Part shown: in pieces, positions 39,391-52,859 of the stretch | How the letters are laid out: every line of letters starts with the position of its first letter | Position numbering within the stretch: position 1 is the stretch's first letter | Program-made: the position numbers and the translations under genes | Assembly (NCBI RefSeq): GCF_006345805.1 | Contig: NC_043013.1 | Span: 35,588,001-35,652,000 of the forward strand | Direction: 5' to 3' | DNA from: Octopus sinensis | Lineage: Eukaryota | Length of the DNA: 64,000 bases | The notes under the pieces: model-generated | Databases searched by the model: none | What the model saw: the letters and a program-made list of their open reading frames with translations, nothing else | Told to the model about the DNA's origin: nothing

Positions 39391-39719
39391 GAGTATACAT
39401 GATGTGAAAGAAAAGGATATAAATAAAAGAGATAGAAACAGCAAGAATAGAAAACATAGCATAAAAGAGAGAGAGGGGGAGAGAAAGAAGGGGTGGATGG
39501 AACAATGTGAACTGGGATAAGATGCAGATGTGCTTGTGCGGTAAAGAAATTTGCATTTCAGCTACATCGTTTGGGTTCAGTACATCTGTGTGTCACCTAG
39601 AGCAGGTGTCTGCTTCAATAGCTCCAGGACAACCAATGGTTTCTGAATGGATTTGGTAGACAGAAACTGAAAGAAGCCTGCCAAAATGTACATACATACA
39701 TGCATACATACACACCCTT

Positions 39720-40125
39720 TTACTCTCTTACTTGTTTCAGTCATTTGACTGTGGCCATGCTGGAGCAACGCCTTTAGTCGAGCAAATCGACCCCAGGACT
39801 TATTCTTTGTAAGCCTAGTACTAATTCTATCAGTCTCTTTTGGCGAACCACTCAGTTACGGGGAAGTAAACACACCAGCATCGGTTGCCAAGCAATGTTT
39901 GGGGGAACAAACACAGACACACAAACTTATACACACATGCACACACACATATATATATGCAACGATAATTCTTTCAGTTTCCGTCTACCAAATCCACTTA
40001 CAAGGCTTTGGTCAGCCCGAGGCTATAGTAGAAGACACTTGCCCAAGGTGCTATGCAGTGGGACTGAACCCGAAACCATGTGGTTCGTAAGCAAGCTACT
40101 TACCACACAGCCATTCCTACGCCTG
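39720..40125 (-). mobile_element. SINE family A
   Basis: Close match to the family. Confidence 0.88.
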
Positions 40126-40705
40126 TGTTCACTCTTACCAATTTTCTCCTTATACATGCACTAATGGGTACGCACATACATATATTCATACACACACATA
40201 CACAGACACAACATCTATCTTCTCATCTGTCTACACATTGTGGCATCTCTCTCTATACGCCCTCTCTCTCTCTCTCTCTTTCCGTTTCTCTTTTTCTCTC
40301 AACACAGTTTCGCCTCTCATTCCCTCCTCCTACTCCGTCTTCAGTTTCTACCGCTTTCCTCAGTCACCTTTGATTTATAAATGTAAATGTCATTTGAACT
40401 TAGCTGACCAGAATAACAATATCAAGAACTATACGCATTGTGGGATTTGTGAAAGAAAACATAATATTAATGACAACAACAGCAACAACAGCAACAATGA
40501 ATGACAGCAAGAAGTACATCAAAGTTACTCCTTCCCTTCCACAAGTAACAAGGACACACACAGCTCAACAATGCCGTCAGCAATGGAAAAAAAACGTAAT
40601 GTGTTTATATATATATATAGGTATATATATATATATATGCATATATATATATGCATATATATATATACATACATACATACATCATCATCATCATATATAC
40701 ATATA

Positions 40706-40757
<52 letters not shown>

Positions 40758-41031
40758 GTACACACATATATATATTTATACATATACATATACATATGTA
40801 TATAGTATATGTATATATATATGCATATATATATATATGTATATATTTACATATGTATATATATATATAATATATATACATATATATGCATATATATACA
40901 TATATATGCATATATATAATTATATATGCATATATATGCATATATATAAATAAATGTATATTTATGTATATGCTTATATATCTATATCTATCTACACACA
41001 CACATACACACACATATATATACTCTATATA

Positions 41032-41084
<53 letters not shown>

Positions 41085-41129
41085 ATATATATGCATATAT
41101 ATATATGCACAATGTATATAGTATGTATG

Positions 41130-41160
<31 letters not shown>

Positions 41161-41479
41161 TTATCTATATCTATCTATATATATATATATATATATATAT
41201 ATGTTTATATATATGTATATATATATATATATGAATATATATATATATGTAGATACATAGATATGGATATATATGCATATGTATATACATATATATATAT
41301 ATATATATGGTATATGCGTGTGCATGTGTATGTGTATATAAATATATATTTATATATCTATCTATCTATCTATCAATACCTGTGTGTTTGTGTGTGTGTG
41401 TGTATTCTGTAATGACTTAAAAACAGTGCTAGTGTTGTAAACATTATCGACTGCATATACTGAATGTACGTGTTTTATT

Positions 41480-41870
41480 TGTTCGCCAGTTCGCTGTGGC
41501 GTAGCACCTGGGGGACGATTCCCATATAACACTGGATGTTAAAACACCTGAAAGCCATTAACAGGCAAGACAATGTACACTACCGATTAAATTCAGGTCT
41601 GAAAAATACCGATATTTTGCCATTTCTGGAGCTTATCAACATCGCTGTTGTGTGGACGCCCCCAGATGATGAAGTAGGCTAGCCCAATACGTAGATATAG
41701 AGGGAGAAGTCTAGACGTCAGGAGTTGAGTAGAGGTCATCGGAACGTACGATATAACAGAAACAGGTGAAGGGCGATGACAAGAAGGGTATCCAGATGAA
41801 GAAAATCTGCTCCATGAATTTCATTTGATCCGTGCAAGCATGGAAAAATGGACATTAAAACAATGATGAC
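41480..41870 (+). mobile_element. Degraded RTE-like LINE 3' end
   Basis: VWTPP...G.P.T remnants followed by a catggaaaaatggacattaaaac(GAT/GAC)n tail. Confidence 0.5.
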
Positions 41871-42059
41871 GACAACATTGACGACAACAATGACGACAGC
41901 GATGATATGATGATGAGGAGGAGGAGGAATACAATGACGACGATGATAATGATGCTATATGCAGACACATAAACATATATTTATATATACATAAAACAAC
42001 AACCAAGCAGCTTTGCCACAAGAGCCACACTCACCTTTCCTGTAGATTTCAAAACTTGA

Positions 42060-43460
42060 AGGCAGCAAATATAAATGCATGTACGATGAAAGGTAGGCTT
42101 AGTGAGATTATGGAGATACTGGAGTGGATACGTGTAGATGTCTGCTGTGTGTAAGGGGTAAGATGGAAAAGATCCTCAATTTAACTTTTCAGAGGCAAAC
42201 GACAGCAGTACAGATTCTTCAGTGATAGTGACAAGAAGGGTGGACAGACATTCTGTTAGTTGAGAAACAGATAAAGTAATTAAACTAATCAAGATATGCA
42301 ACAGGATACACATGAGACAAGTTATAGGTGATTCAAGAACAAAATTTATGTTATATGCTTCTAGTGGAAAGATTGACAAAAGAACAGAAAAACTGTTCCT
42401 ATGAGATGATTCGGCAGACTACCAAATGATGACTTCATTATCGTGGCTGGCAACGAACATGTTGGCCAATACAGTGATTGCTTCAGCGATGTACATAGAT
42501 TCAATCAGTATACTTCAAAAAATAAGACCGTTGCAGTTCTCTGGTGCAAGTAATCAAGCTATTGCAACACATACTTTAAAAATTCCCATCTCCCGCCTCA
42601 ACACCAACCAATCAGGTGAGCATGCGAATTAGATAGATTACATTCTCAGCAGGAAACAGAACAGAGAGTGCTATTGTAAGTTCAAAAACCTTTCCTTACA
42701 ATGAATTCAAAACATAAATTTCTCGTTAATATCTTCAGAGTTAGAGCATGGGAGACAAAAAAAAAAGAAAATGATATGAAGATATGAAAGATTTAGAAGC
42801 TAAAAGATACTATAAAATGTAGCTGAATCCACAAAGAAATTAGAGCGGTAATTCCAGACATGGAAACTAAACCTAGAATCAAGGGGGCCTAATAGTAAAC
42901 TTAGCTAATACTAAGGTTTTAGTACTAAGGAAAGCAAATTGGACCCTGGTATCGTCAGGAAAATCATACACAGATTTTTCAGTGAAAATAAACTTCATAT
43001 GTGACTTACATTGGAGCAATGTGTACTTTGAGCACACCAGAAAGAGATTCTCTTAAATGCCCAGATGACTCTTTTGAAGATGTTGAAAAATATTGGTACA
43101 TAGGAGGGGCAATTAGCAAGGGAGTTGGTTGCTTCGAAAGCATAGTAGCCAGAATAATAACAGGTTGGGAGAAAAAAGCTCAAGGAGATTCAACCCACTT
43201 ATTGGTAACAAAGGACTTTTCCACTCAGATCTGAAGGACTGGTTGTATGACACTTGTGTTAGAAGTGCAATGCTGCATGAGAGTAAGACATGGAACTTGA
43301 ATACTCAGGATTTGAGAAGAGTGGAAAGAAATGAAGCTAGCATACACCACTTGCTGTGCAATGTAGGCATACATGAACAACAAAGTACAAATGTATTGAA
43401 TGAAAGAAAACCCATAAGAGGCATCATGTATATTGTGTAACGAAGAAGGCTTGTTGGCAT
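42060..43460 (+). mobile_element. Degraded, internally deleted RTE LINE (APE plus RT C-terminal region)
   Basis: TMKGRLSEIMEILE..RVDVCC..VRW; IIVAG..HVG; KYWYIGGAISKGVGCFESIVARI..GW; LYDTCVRSAMLHES.TW...DLRRVERNEAS. Confidence 0.8.
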
Positions 43461-43519
43461 CCTTTTTGTCTCGGGAGACAATGGAGTTGTGCATAAAATA
43501 ATCTAGTCCAGTTTTTACA

Positions 43520-43905
43520 TTTCATGTCCGAATACATCTCCGACTGTGGCTGTGTAATCCTATCCTGGACAAACACTCCCTCTGGCAGGTGCCACAAATG
43601 TAGCGAAGACTCTGCCTGGCTGGTTGCAATGCCATAGTTTCTTGTTGACGTCTTTTGTTGTCTTTCCATTTCTCTTCTCTCCCTCTGTCACTCCTTTGTG
43701 TCCCCTCTTTTACGTACGTTGCCAATCTCCACGGTTGCTGGCAATTGCTTCCCAGTTGCTAATATTGATGTCACAGGCCTTCATGTCCCTTTTGCAAACA
43801 TCCTTGTATCATAAGAACGGTCTTCCCACAGACCTAGTGCCCCTAGCAAGCTCTCCGTAGCGTATGTCCTTGATAATTCTGCCATCTTCCATATGACTAA
43901 CATGT
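43520..43905 (-). mobile_element. RTE (BovB-like) LINE 3' fragment with a terminal CCHH-type motif
   Basis: HMEDGRIIKDIRYGELARG.R.VGRP...YKDVCKRDMKAC...WE..A.NR..W...YICGTCQRECLSRIGLHSHSRRC. Confidence 0.85.
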
Positions 43906-43974
43906 TGTATGGAAGGCTAATGGTGAGGATATTGATGTGCCCCGACAGACACACACATCTATCTTTTATCTTTT

Positions 43975-44290
43975 ATCATTAACTTGTTTCAGTCATTAGA
44001 CTGTGGCCATACTGGGGCACTGCCTTGAAGAATTTTTAGTTGAATGAATCGACCCCAGTTCTTATTTCTTCATTTAGCCTGCTTTTTACCCTATTAGTCT
44101 CTTTTGCCAAACTGCTAAGTTACAGGGACCTAAACACGTATGTATAGAGTGGACTTCTTTTAGTTTCCACCTACCAGATCCACTCACAAGTTCTTGTTCA
44201 GCCCATGCCATACAGTGGGACTGAACCCAGAAACTACTGAACCAGTTGTTGGGAAGCAGGCTTCTTATCACACAGCCACGCATACACCCA
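43975..44290 (-). mobile_element. Diverged SINE A
   Basis: Tail and head are recognisable. Confidence 0.7.
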
Positions 44291-45329
44291 TATACATATA
44301 TAAACATATAAACATACACTCACACACAAATACGTAATGATTTTGGCTTGAAAATGTATTTGAATCTTAAAACGAATTTTGTTTCTTGTTTAACTTGTTT
44401 CATTTATTACAATACCATACCGGTTTCAATATCATTTCTTTTATTTTTTGTTTTGCGGTGTAAAGAAATATTATTTAAATGCAATGAAAATTTAAAAGTA
44501 AGAGAATGCAAAACAAGTTTCATGGTGATGAAACATTCAAAAATGATCAATATGTTTCAAGCAAAATTGCTTGATGAATATTCCAATGTTTAATAAGTTT
44601 CACACCAATATGATGTAATGAGAGTTCAAATATTCGATAAATTTCATAGCAGTAATATATTATGGAAATCTGAAAGTTCAATAGGTTTCGTAGAAATAAA
44701 TTACGCTGGAAATTAGACATGATGAAGGCTTTAAGTTTTAAGAAAAAGAAAAAAAATTACAAACTCTCTTGAATAATGTGAGGCAGAATTATTCATCATT
44801 TACTTTCTTTATTTCATTATGAACTGTGAACAATTTTTCATGCCGATATTGCCTTATATCTGCCAGCTTTAAGATAGAGTTTCAAGTCTTGATTGGTTAC
44901 TTACTTAACAACATTATTTGTTTCCATCCATCTTTGCCCTAGTGTACTCTGGTCACTTGTTCTTGTCTGACAGCAGTCCAGCATTCAAGTTGGTTAAACT
45001 GTCTGTAGACATCATTTGTTTATCAGATTTCCTGGCCACTTGTTTTTGATCCTATAGTTGTCCAGCATTCCAGTTAGCTGACTCCCCTAAGACGTTACTT
45101 GTTTTTCTGATATCCTGATCAGATGACTGCTTCATAACATCACCTTCTTTCTCATTTCCCTCAAAGTGAGGTTTTAACCAGAAACATAATCCTATTGGCC
45201 AGTGCTGGGGTGATGTCAGCAAATTGTTTTGGAGAAACGTATTTACATAATAGTCTGATGTTTGCATTCATATTTTGTAGAAGGAAGGAACTCGTTACCT
45301 CAAAATTTGATTTTCTTTTATTGTTTTTG

Positions 45330-46190
45330 TTACTTGTAATTTTTAGTTGAGTATCAATATGATCTGTTTTCTCATTCTATCATGCTGTTAAAAGGCATTT
45401 TAATTTATATTTTTTCATAAACATATTTTCCTTAATACGAATTGAATTGGGGTGCTTGTAATATATCGGTACAAAGGGAAATTTGGTGCTTGAGATGTTT
45501 TATGGACAAAAATCCAAATGTTTATTGATGAGTATTTGTCTAGTAGTGTGGTCTTATACTTGTTGACAGTGGACAGTCATTCTGTGCATCAGGTTAATTC
45601 ACATTTTATTCTATGCAATCCTCATTTCACCCATTTGATAAGGTAAATCAGGTTTCTTGTTGTTCAAGTGAAATAATTTTGGTAAGTTTCCTGAATTAAA
45701 GTCATCTCTGGAAATTCCAATGGCATTGATACAGATTCTGCAATTAGGGCGGTTACACATTTTAATTATTGGTGTTGTATTTTTTTTAACTGAGGGTAAT
45801 TAGGTGCTAGCAAGTTTTTTTAAAGACTTCAGTGGTCTTTTACTTTTAACTATTTTATGTATTTGAATTGTTCATTAAAAAGCGGAATATTCTAATGGGT
45901 GCTATTGTATGTTTCTGTACTTCTCAAATTGTGTGATAATTAATATATATATATGAATATATATATGCAAAAAAGTGTTTCTGGTTCTTTGTAATTCTTA
46001 GGAGCCTATTAATTTTACGTTATATTCAGTTGACATTTAAAATCACTGAGTATTATCTTTCAAGTAATATACTTTTATATTCTTGAAAATGTTCTCCTGG
46101 GTTTCAGAAGAGAATGCAGTTGTGCAAATTTTAGTTCAAGTGCCACATCCGAATGAGTAAAGCAAATGACAAGCAATTCTACCTCAAAAC
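45330..46190 (-). mobile_element. Degraded Penelope-like element C-terminus (GIY-YIG region)
   Basis: KIVKSKRPLKSLKKL; PIIKMCNRPNCRIC; MHRMTVHCQQV*D..TRQILINKHLDFC; many stops and frameshifts. Confidence 0.65.
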
Positions 46191-46355
46191 ATACAACAGG
46201 CCTGGTAAAAAGAAAAAAACAGTATTTTTTGTTATATTTTAATAGTTTTCATCATGTCTGATAATTGTTAACAGTTGCCATGAAACATACTGAACTTCCA
46301 AATTTCTGTCGTGTATTATTGGTGTCTTTGTGAGAGTGTGCATGTGTGTTTGTGT

Positions 46356-46399
<44 letters not shown>

Positions 46400-46489
46400 G
46401 TGTATGTGTGTGTGTATGTGTGTGTGTATGTGGAAAAGTAAATGTTTAAAAGTGTTGAATAGTGTTGAGATTATATTGCTGGAGATGAG

Positions 46490-46503
46490 AAAGAGAGACA
46501 GAC

Positions 46504-46546
<43 letters not shown>

Positions 46547-46641
46547 GATAGATAGATAGATAGATAAATAGATAAACGGACAGCAGACAGACAGACAGAC
46601 AGATAGATATGTTTCTTTATTAGCCACACAGGGCTGCACAC

Positions 46642-46677
<36 letters not shown>

Positions 46678-46857
46678 GGATGGACAGATAGACAGACAGA
46701 CAGACAGACTGATAGATAGATAACTTTCTTTATTGGCCACACAGAGGTGAATAGAGAGGGGACAAATACAAATGTAGAGCTTTTCTTTGCGAAAATGAAA
46801 AAAAAGGGGGAAAATAAGAAAGAAAGTAAAATTCTGATCAAAAGGGATCGGGGGGGG

Positions 46858-46888
<31 letters not shown>

Positions 46889-46913
46889 TAGATAGAGAGA
46901 TAGAGAGATAGAG

Positions 46914-46975
<62 letters not shown>

Positions 46976-47073
46976 TTAGCAACAGAGAAAGAGAGAAAGG
47001 AGAGACAAGAAAGAAAGAAAGAAAGAAAGAAAGGAAGGAAGGAAGGAAGGAAGGAAGGAAGGAAGGAAGGAAA

Positions 47074-47121
<48 letters not shown>

Positions 47122-47332
47122 GAAAGAAAAAAAGAAAGAAAGAAAGGAAAGAAGAAATGACTGGCTGGCTGGCTGGCTGGAAGGAAGGATGGAAGGATAG
47201 ATGGATGAATAGATAAATACATATATAGTTAGATGAATAGAGAGACAGATAGATAGATAGATAGATAGATATAGGGAGGGAGGGAGGAAGGGAGAGAAAG
47301 AGAAAGACAAAACAATAGGTAGATAGATAAAT

Positions 47333-47363
<31 letters not shown>

Positions 47364-47370
47364 AAAAGAC
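46490..47370. repeat. Compound (AGAT)n/(AGAC)n/(GAAA)n/(GGAA)n tetranucleotide array
   Basis: Directly visible. Confidence 0.95.
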
Positions 47371-48864
47371 AGATAGTGTGAAAGGGAGAGAGAAAGTCTA
47401 CAAAGTAATTGTCATAAAGTTTGCATATTCTGTTGATATACATATATGCGTTAGTATGCAGTGTGTGTGTGTGTGAGTGTGTGCGTATATCTAAGGCTAC
47501 ATCTGCATATTTGTGCGTGTGTGTGTGTGTATTTATACATACATTAAATTAGATTTCAAATTGTTGTATCATCATCCATTGATTTATATACTGATAAAGT
47601 AGTCAACGACAAGTTGTTTGTTCCATTCAAGTTCATTCTTATCTACTTTCTTTCTTCTTCTTGTTTCTTCCCTTTTTTTTCCTATTTGGCTTTGTTTCTC
47701 TCCAACAACCCCTTCTCCTTCTTCTCCTTCCTCTCCCTCTTCTCCTTTCTCTCCTTCTTACCCAATCTCCTCCTCCTCCTGCTCCTCTTTTTGTCTTCAT
47801 CTCCTCTCATCTAAATCTATCCATTGCCAAAAGGCAGCTGTGTTAACTATTTTTTCCTTGCGTTCTTCTTTGTATGTTTTTTACTTTAGTTTTTTTCTTT
47901 CTCTCACATCATCATTATTTCTTAACTTGCCTCATTAAAATCATTAGTAAACGCATTAGCCACCATAAAACCAAATTAGTTTTCATCATCACACGAAACT
48001 TAATTTTAAATTGTTTAATGTTCTTTTTATTTATTTATGTGTCTATTTAAATATAATTTTTTAAAACTTTTTTTATAGTTTTCATATTTATATTTTTGAA
48101 AAATTTTCTTAGGTCGTTCTTTTATTTTAAATTATTGTTTTTTTTTAAATTATTGTTTTTTCTTTTCTTTTTGCATGTGTAAAAAAAATTGTTTTATTTA
48201 TTTGTTTGTGTAATTTGTTTAATTTGTGCTTTGTTTTGTCTTGCTTTATTGTTTTCTTTTTTTCTTCTTTCTTGTTTCGCACCAAGCATCATATGAGCTG
48301 TAACTCAATGCAATTGTGTGCATCAAGTTTGATTAAGCAGAAATGAATTAAAATTAAATGAGAAAAGAAATTATTAATGAAAAAAAAATAATAAAAGAAA
48401 TATATATATACAAATAAAACAGCTAAAAAAATAACAAATAAAATATAAAAATAAACCAAATAAAAGCCAGTTAGTTGATAGCTAATCCAACAAATTAAAT
48501 TTAGTTTGAAGAAGGATTAACTCACAGAGTTATGCATTAGGATTATGTTAACATTAAATCATTAGTGCTTTATAAAAGTAGCCTAATTGCTGAGCTAATA
48601 AATGGGTCTACGTGACTGCTATGTCATCCTCTTTAATTAATATGCAAGGGATACAGCAGGTTGAGTAAATAGGGTCCTGTTGACTGAGGAAACACTTGCT
48701 GGTTAGTGTGTGTCAGTGAAAAGTTAAACTGTTATAGATTGGTATTTTATCCTGGGTAGAAACGTTGTTCCCCTAAGCCCTGAAGACTAGAGAAATGAGT
48801 GAACAAAACCATTGATATTTAAAGCTATATACATTTATGTTAAATTCATCTCGTCCCATCTTTT

Positions 48865-49590
48865 ACAGCTGCTTATTCCTGGGAAGGTTGTTGGAGCAGA
48901 GTCTTCAAACATGCCTTCCATTGGGTTCTGTCATAAGCAACCATCTCTGATTGATTTTGTTGGGTCACTGAGTAAGACCAAGCAAGCAAATAAATATTAC
49001 CCAACCATCTTGCTCATAGTCTACCCTTAGGCCTCCTACTAGTTGTTTTTTTCCTGTATAACTTGTATAACTTGCAATGCTAAAAAAAAACACTTTCATA
49101 CTGTCAGCATGTTTCTCAGGGTCACAAGCATTTTGTACAACTTCACCTGAGTGGGGAAGGGAGGACTGAGCTTGTCTTCACTTGTGGTTTCTTATCAACT
49201 ACAACCATCTTGATCTAGTTCAACCACTCTGCCTATTTCCTCGATGGCTTTCTTCAGTTGTTTAGGTTCCAGACTTATTTTCTGCAGGAAGTAGCACACT
49301 GTTATAGATGGAAAGCTGCAGCAGCTGACTTCATTCAGGAATGAGGCTGCATACCATCTCTTGACAAGGGCCTTATTAACTAAGTCCTGATATTCTTCAT
49401 TATTTACATATAAGGATGGCAGTTCTTGTAATGAGAGAATTGTATATTTACTTATGCTTGTGACCCTGAGAAACATGCTGACAGTATGGAAGTGTTTTTT
49501 TTTAGCATTGCAATGGATTTAGAAGAACTTACAATACTTCTGAGTTGCTCATATGGATTCTACATGAGGTAAAGCATCTCTGATCGTTAT
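48865..49590 (-). mobile_element. Rearranged RTE-like LINE remnant with a ~60 bp inverted duplication (49072-49131 and 49454-49513)
   Basis: The minus strand ends RRPKGRL*ARWLGNI..LAWS...VAYDRTQWK..L..L. The inverted repeat is ttgcaatgctaaaaaaaaacactt.catactgtcagcatgtttctcagggtcacaagcat. Confidence 0.65.
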
Positions 49591-49649
49591 TTCACCTGTA
49601 TGTCCATATTAAGTAAAATATACAAAATGCTATTTTCAACTAACACTGC

Positions 49650-50030
49650 TTCGCTCTTTTACTCTTGTACTCATTTCAGTCATTTGACTGTGGCCTTTAG
49701 TCAAGCAAATCGACCCCAGGACTTACCCTTTGTAAGCCTAGTACTTATTCTATCAGTCTCTTTTGCCGAGCCGCTAAGTTACGGTGATGTAAACACACCA
49801 GCATCGGTTATCAAGCGATGTTGGGGGGGGACAAACACAGACACACATATATATACATATATATGACAGGCTTCTTTCAGTTTCCGTCTACCAAATCCAC
49901 TCACAAGGCTTTGGTCAACCCAAGGCTATAGGAGAAGACACTTGCCCGAGGTGCCATGCAGTGGGACTGAACCCGGAACCATGTGGTTTGTAAGCAAGCT
50001 ACTTACCACACAGCCACTCCTACGCCTAAC
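49650..50030 (-). mobile_element. SINE family A, full length
   Basis: Close match to the family. Confidence 0.9.
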
Positions 50031-51458
50031 AAAGTTTTACATAGTTTGCTGGTTATTTGTGACACATCTGATTTGTGACTCATTGTTTTTCTATATCAAC
50101 TGATGCTAAATATATCTAAAGGTGAATGCCTCAAGAGAAAGTGATAAGATTTTAGCAAACCTAACCTGCAATACAAGTTTGATTCTTTGTTATAGCTATT
50201 TCAGTGCATTAGGGATTAGTATGGGCATCATACCAACAGACTCCTAAAATCACTTTACAATAAGCTTAATTGTCAGTAATTTTATTCTTTTAGTGGTTTC
50301 AATAATAGAACTGCAGTCCTGTTTGTCATATGTCTCACTTCTCACTCTCTTTCTTTCTCTTTCTCTCTCTCTCTCTCTTTTCTGTTTTCTCTCTCTTGTG
50401 CTCTCTCACTCCCTACCTCTTTCATTTTTGTGCTTCTTTCTCTCTTACTCTCTCTTTCACTTATATAATATATCACTTATATAATATATATAATCTGGTT
50501 TTTCTTTCTCTGTCTATCTGTCTGTCTTTGTTTGTCTGTCACTCTCTCTCTCTCTCTCTTTTTCAGTCTGGTGTTCCTTCTCTCTCATGCTTTCACTGCC
50601 TCTTGTCTCTCTAGTATTCTTTCTTTAACACTTAAGCTTTCAGCCCCTCTCTCTGTCTCTCTCTCCACCTCTCTTTCCTCTCTCTCTCTTTCCCTCTCTT
50701 TCCTCTCTCTTTCCTCCCTCTCTCCCCCTCTCTTTCTTCTCTCTCTCCCTCTTTACCTTGTACTCTTTCTTTCATGCTCATTCTTTTCACTCTCTTCTGC
50801 TCTCACTCTTACTCTCTCTTTCCCCTCTCTCTCTTTCTCAAGCTCTCCTTCTCCTCCCCATCTCTCTCTCCTTCTCTTCCAATCTATCATACATAAATTA
50901 TTCAAATGAAAGTGTCCTAAACCACTTAATTAACCAATGAATCACCACCAAAAGTCTTTGTCTTCCTGCAGTGCTACAAACACATGCAAAAATGCAAAGA
51001 TCAGTTCCATAATTGTACAAAATATTCCTTATGAAAATAAATCTAAGTTCCAGGAAATAAATAATGCAAAAGCAAACCAGCTCCTCCCAAATGTGAACTT
51101 GTGTCATGCAGCCTTAGAGACTGTGATAAGCTCAGTCACACCCCATGAGACTCAAAAACATTTGCATTATTACCAAATCACAGAAACAGGTTTACCAAGA
51201 ATGTGATATTCAATTTGAAATGGTAAGCGATTTTTCTTGGTTCTTGTATGAGTTGAAGAATTTTTTATCTTCTGCTTGTTTCAGTCATTAAACTACAGCC
51301 ATGCTGGAGCATCACCTTGAAGTGCTTTTAGTCAAAGGAATTGAATCCAGTACGTTTCTATTTATTTTTGAAGCTTGGTTCTTATTCTGTCGGTCTCTTT
51401 GCTGAATTGGCTAAGTTATAGCGACATATATATATATATAAAATATTATTAGTCAAGA

Positions 51459-51489
<31 letters not shown>

Positions 51490-51492
<3 letters not shown>

Positions 51493-51645
51493 TCTCTCTG
51501 TTTATTTCCTTGTGTTCCTTTCTGTTGAAGAGCGTAGGCTCAAAACGTAAAAGACTTTCTCACTTTACCGAGCATCAAACTATTACACCTGCTTGCTGTT
51601 TATACACCTGTCTTCATCTTTTGTTTTCCTATAAATTTCAACTAT
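51490..51645 (+). mobile_element. Penelope-like terminal repeat with a degenerate hammerhead-like motif (51518-51553)
   Basis: CTTT-CTGTTGA-aGAGC-gtag-GCTC-AAAAC-GTA-AAAG. Confidence 0.55.
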
Positions 51646-52254
51646 ATATATATATATTTATATATAAATGTATGTATGTATGTATGTATGTATGTATGTA
51701 TGAATGTATATATATATACACACATATATATATATATATACATGTAGATATATATATGTATATATATATATATGTATATGTATGTATATATATATATGTA
51801 TATGTATATATCTATACATATAAAACTCAACTTGTGTGTCTGTGTGTGCATCTGTGTGTGTGTGTCTGTGTGTTTAACTTCCCGGCACATCTCCTCCTAG
51901 CCAACAAATCGTAGAACCACTAAAAATGGGTCACTTAAAGTTTAGGCGAATGAAAATTGAACTGTGCTATTTCTGTTCCAAAATTCATCTCGCAAGTGCA
52001 AAAATCGATAATGTGTTTGTTTAGGCCTTATCCTATGCATTGAATAGTGAACTTTACTCAGTCAGCTGTTTAACGTGACCTGTGTTGACCACACATGCAA
52101 GCATGTGTAAATTGCACGATAAATAAAAAATCAAGATATAAAAACGAATCGCCGTAAACATTGTAGAAATTTGGCAAAGAAATGAATTTTCGGGATGTAG
52201 CCTGGAGGGTTTTTTCGTATTAATCGTTTGGACTTTGTGAACACATACCAATTA

Positions 52255-52620
52255 TCTATATATATAAAGCTGAAGTTGTCTGTGTATGGCAGGTTTGGTA
52301 GCCTTCAACTAACACTATCTCCCCCGAGACCCTGTGGCGCAAGTTGACCAACATTGAGAGTATGATAGAAGAAGGCCTGTTCTTCCTTCCGTAGAAGAAA
52401 AAATTCAAATCGGACAATGTTAACACCAAAAATTATTTACATGAAAAAGGTGCTTTTTTCTATGAAAATCCCTATTTTTTAACGATTTTTTGACTGTCGC
52501 CATTTTTCATGTATTTCAACCAGAAAAATGTTCACTTAAAGAGAATAACAAGCTACATAATGCAAACTTTTTACTTTTCAAAAATTCCAATTCTAAAGCA
52601 ACACCGGCTGATACAGCTAG
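52255..52620 (+). mobile_element. Non-autonomous Helitron, 366 bp, intact ends
   Basis: A^TCtatatatataaagctgaagttgtctg...gctgatacagCTAG^T: canonical TC and CTAG termini inserted between A and T, no TSD, small subterminal hairpin gctg-ata-cagc. Confidence 0.85.
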
Positions 52621-52859
52621 TGTATGTATATATGTATATACATATGTATATAAGTAATATAAGTATATATATATATATTATCCAGGCAGATATCGTATTA
52701 GCTCTCAGTTAAGTTCCAGATAACAGCTAACCACAATGATTAGAATCTAAGTCTGTGACTACAATTAGTTGTTAGTTGCTTCATGAATTCCTCCGATGGG
52801 TAATTCTGTGTACTCTTCACTGCACAGTAAAAATTGTCTAGAGTATATATTAGCATTGA

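Noticed and set aside
49195-49476. 93 aa ORF between inverted repeats, read as a captured host gene
   Set aside because: EPK...GR...DQ spacing and the flanks fit degraded RTE reverse transcriptase better than a host gene.
50937-51206. 89 aa ORF with an internal acceptor-like site
   Set aside because: No recognisable domain and a weak donor; it cannot be distinguished from a chance ORF.
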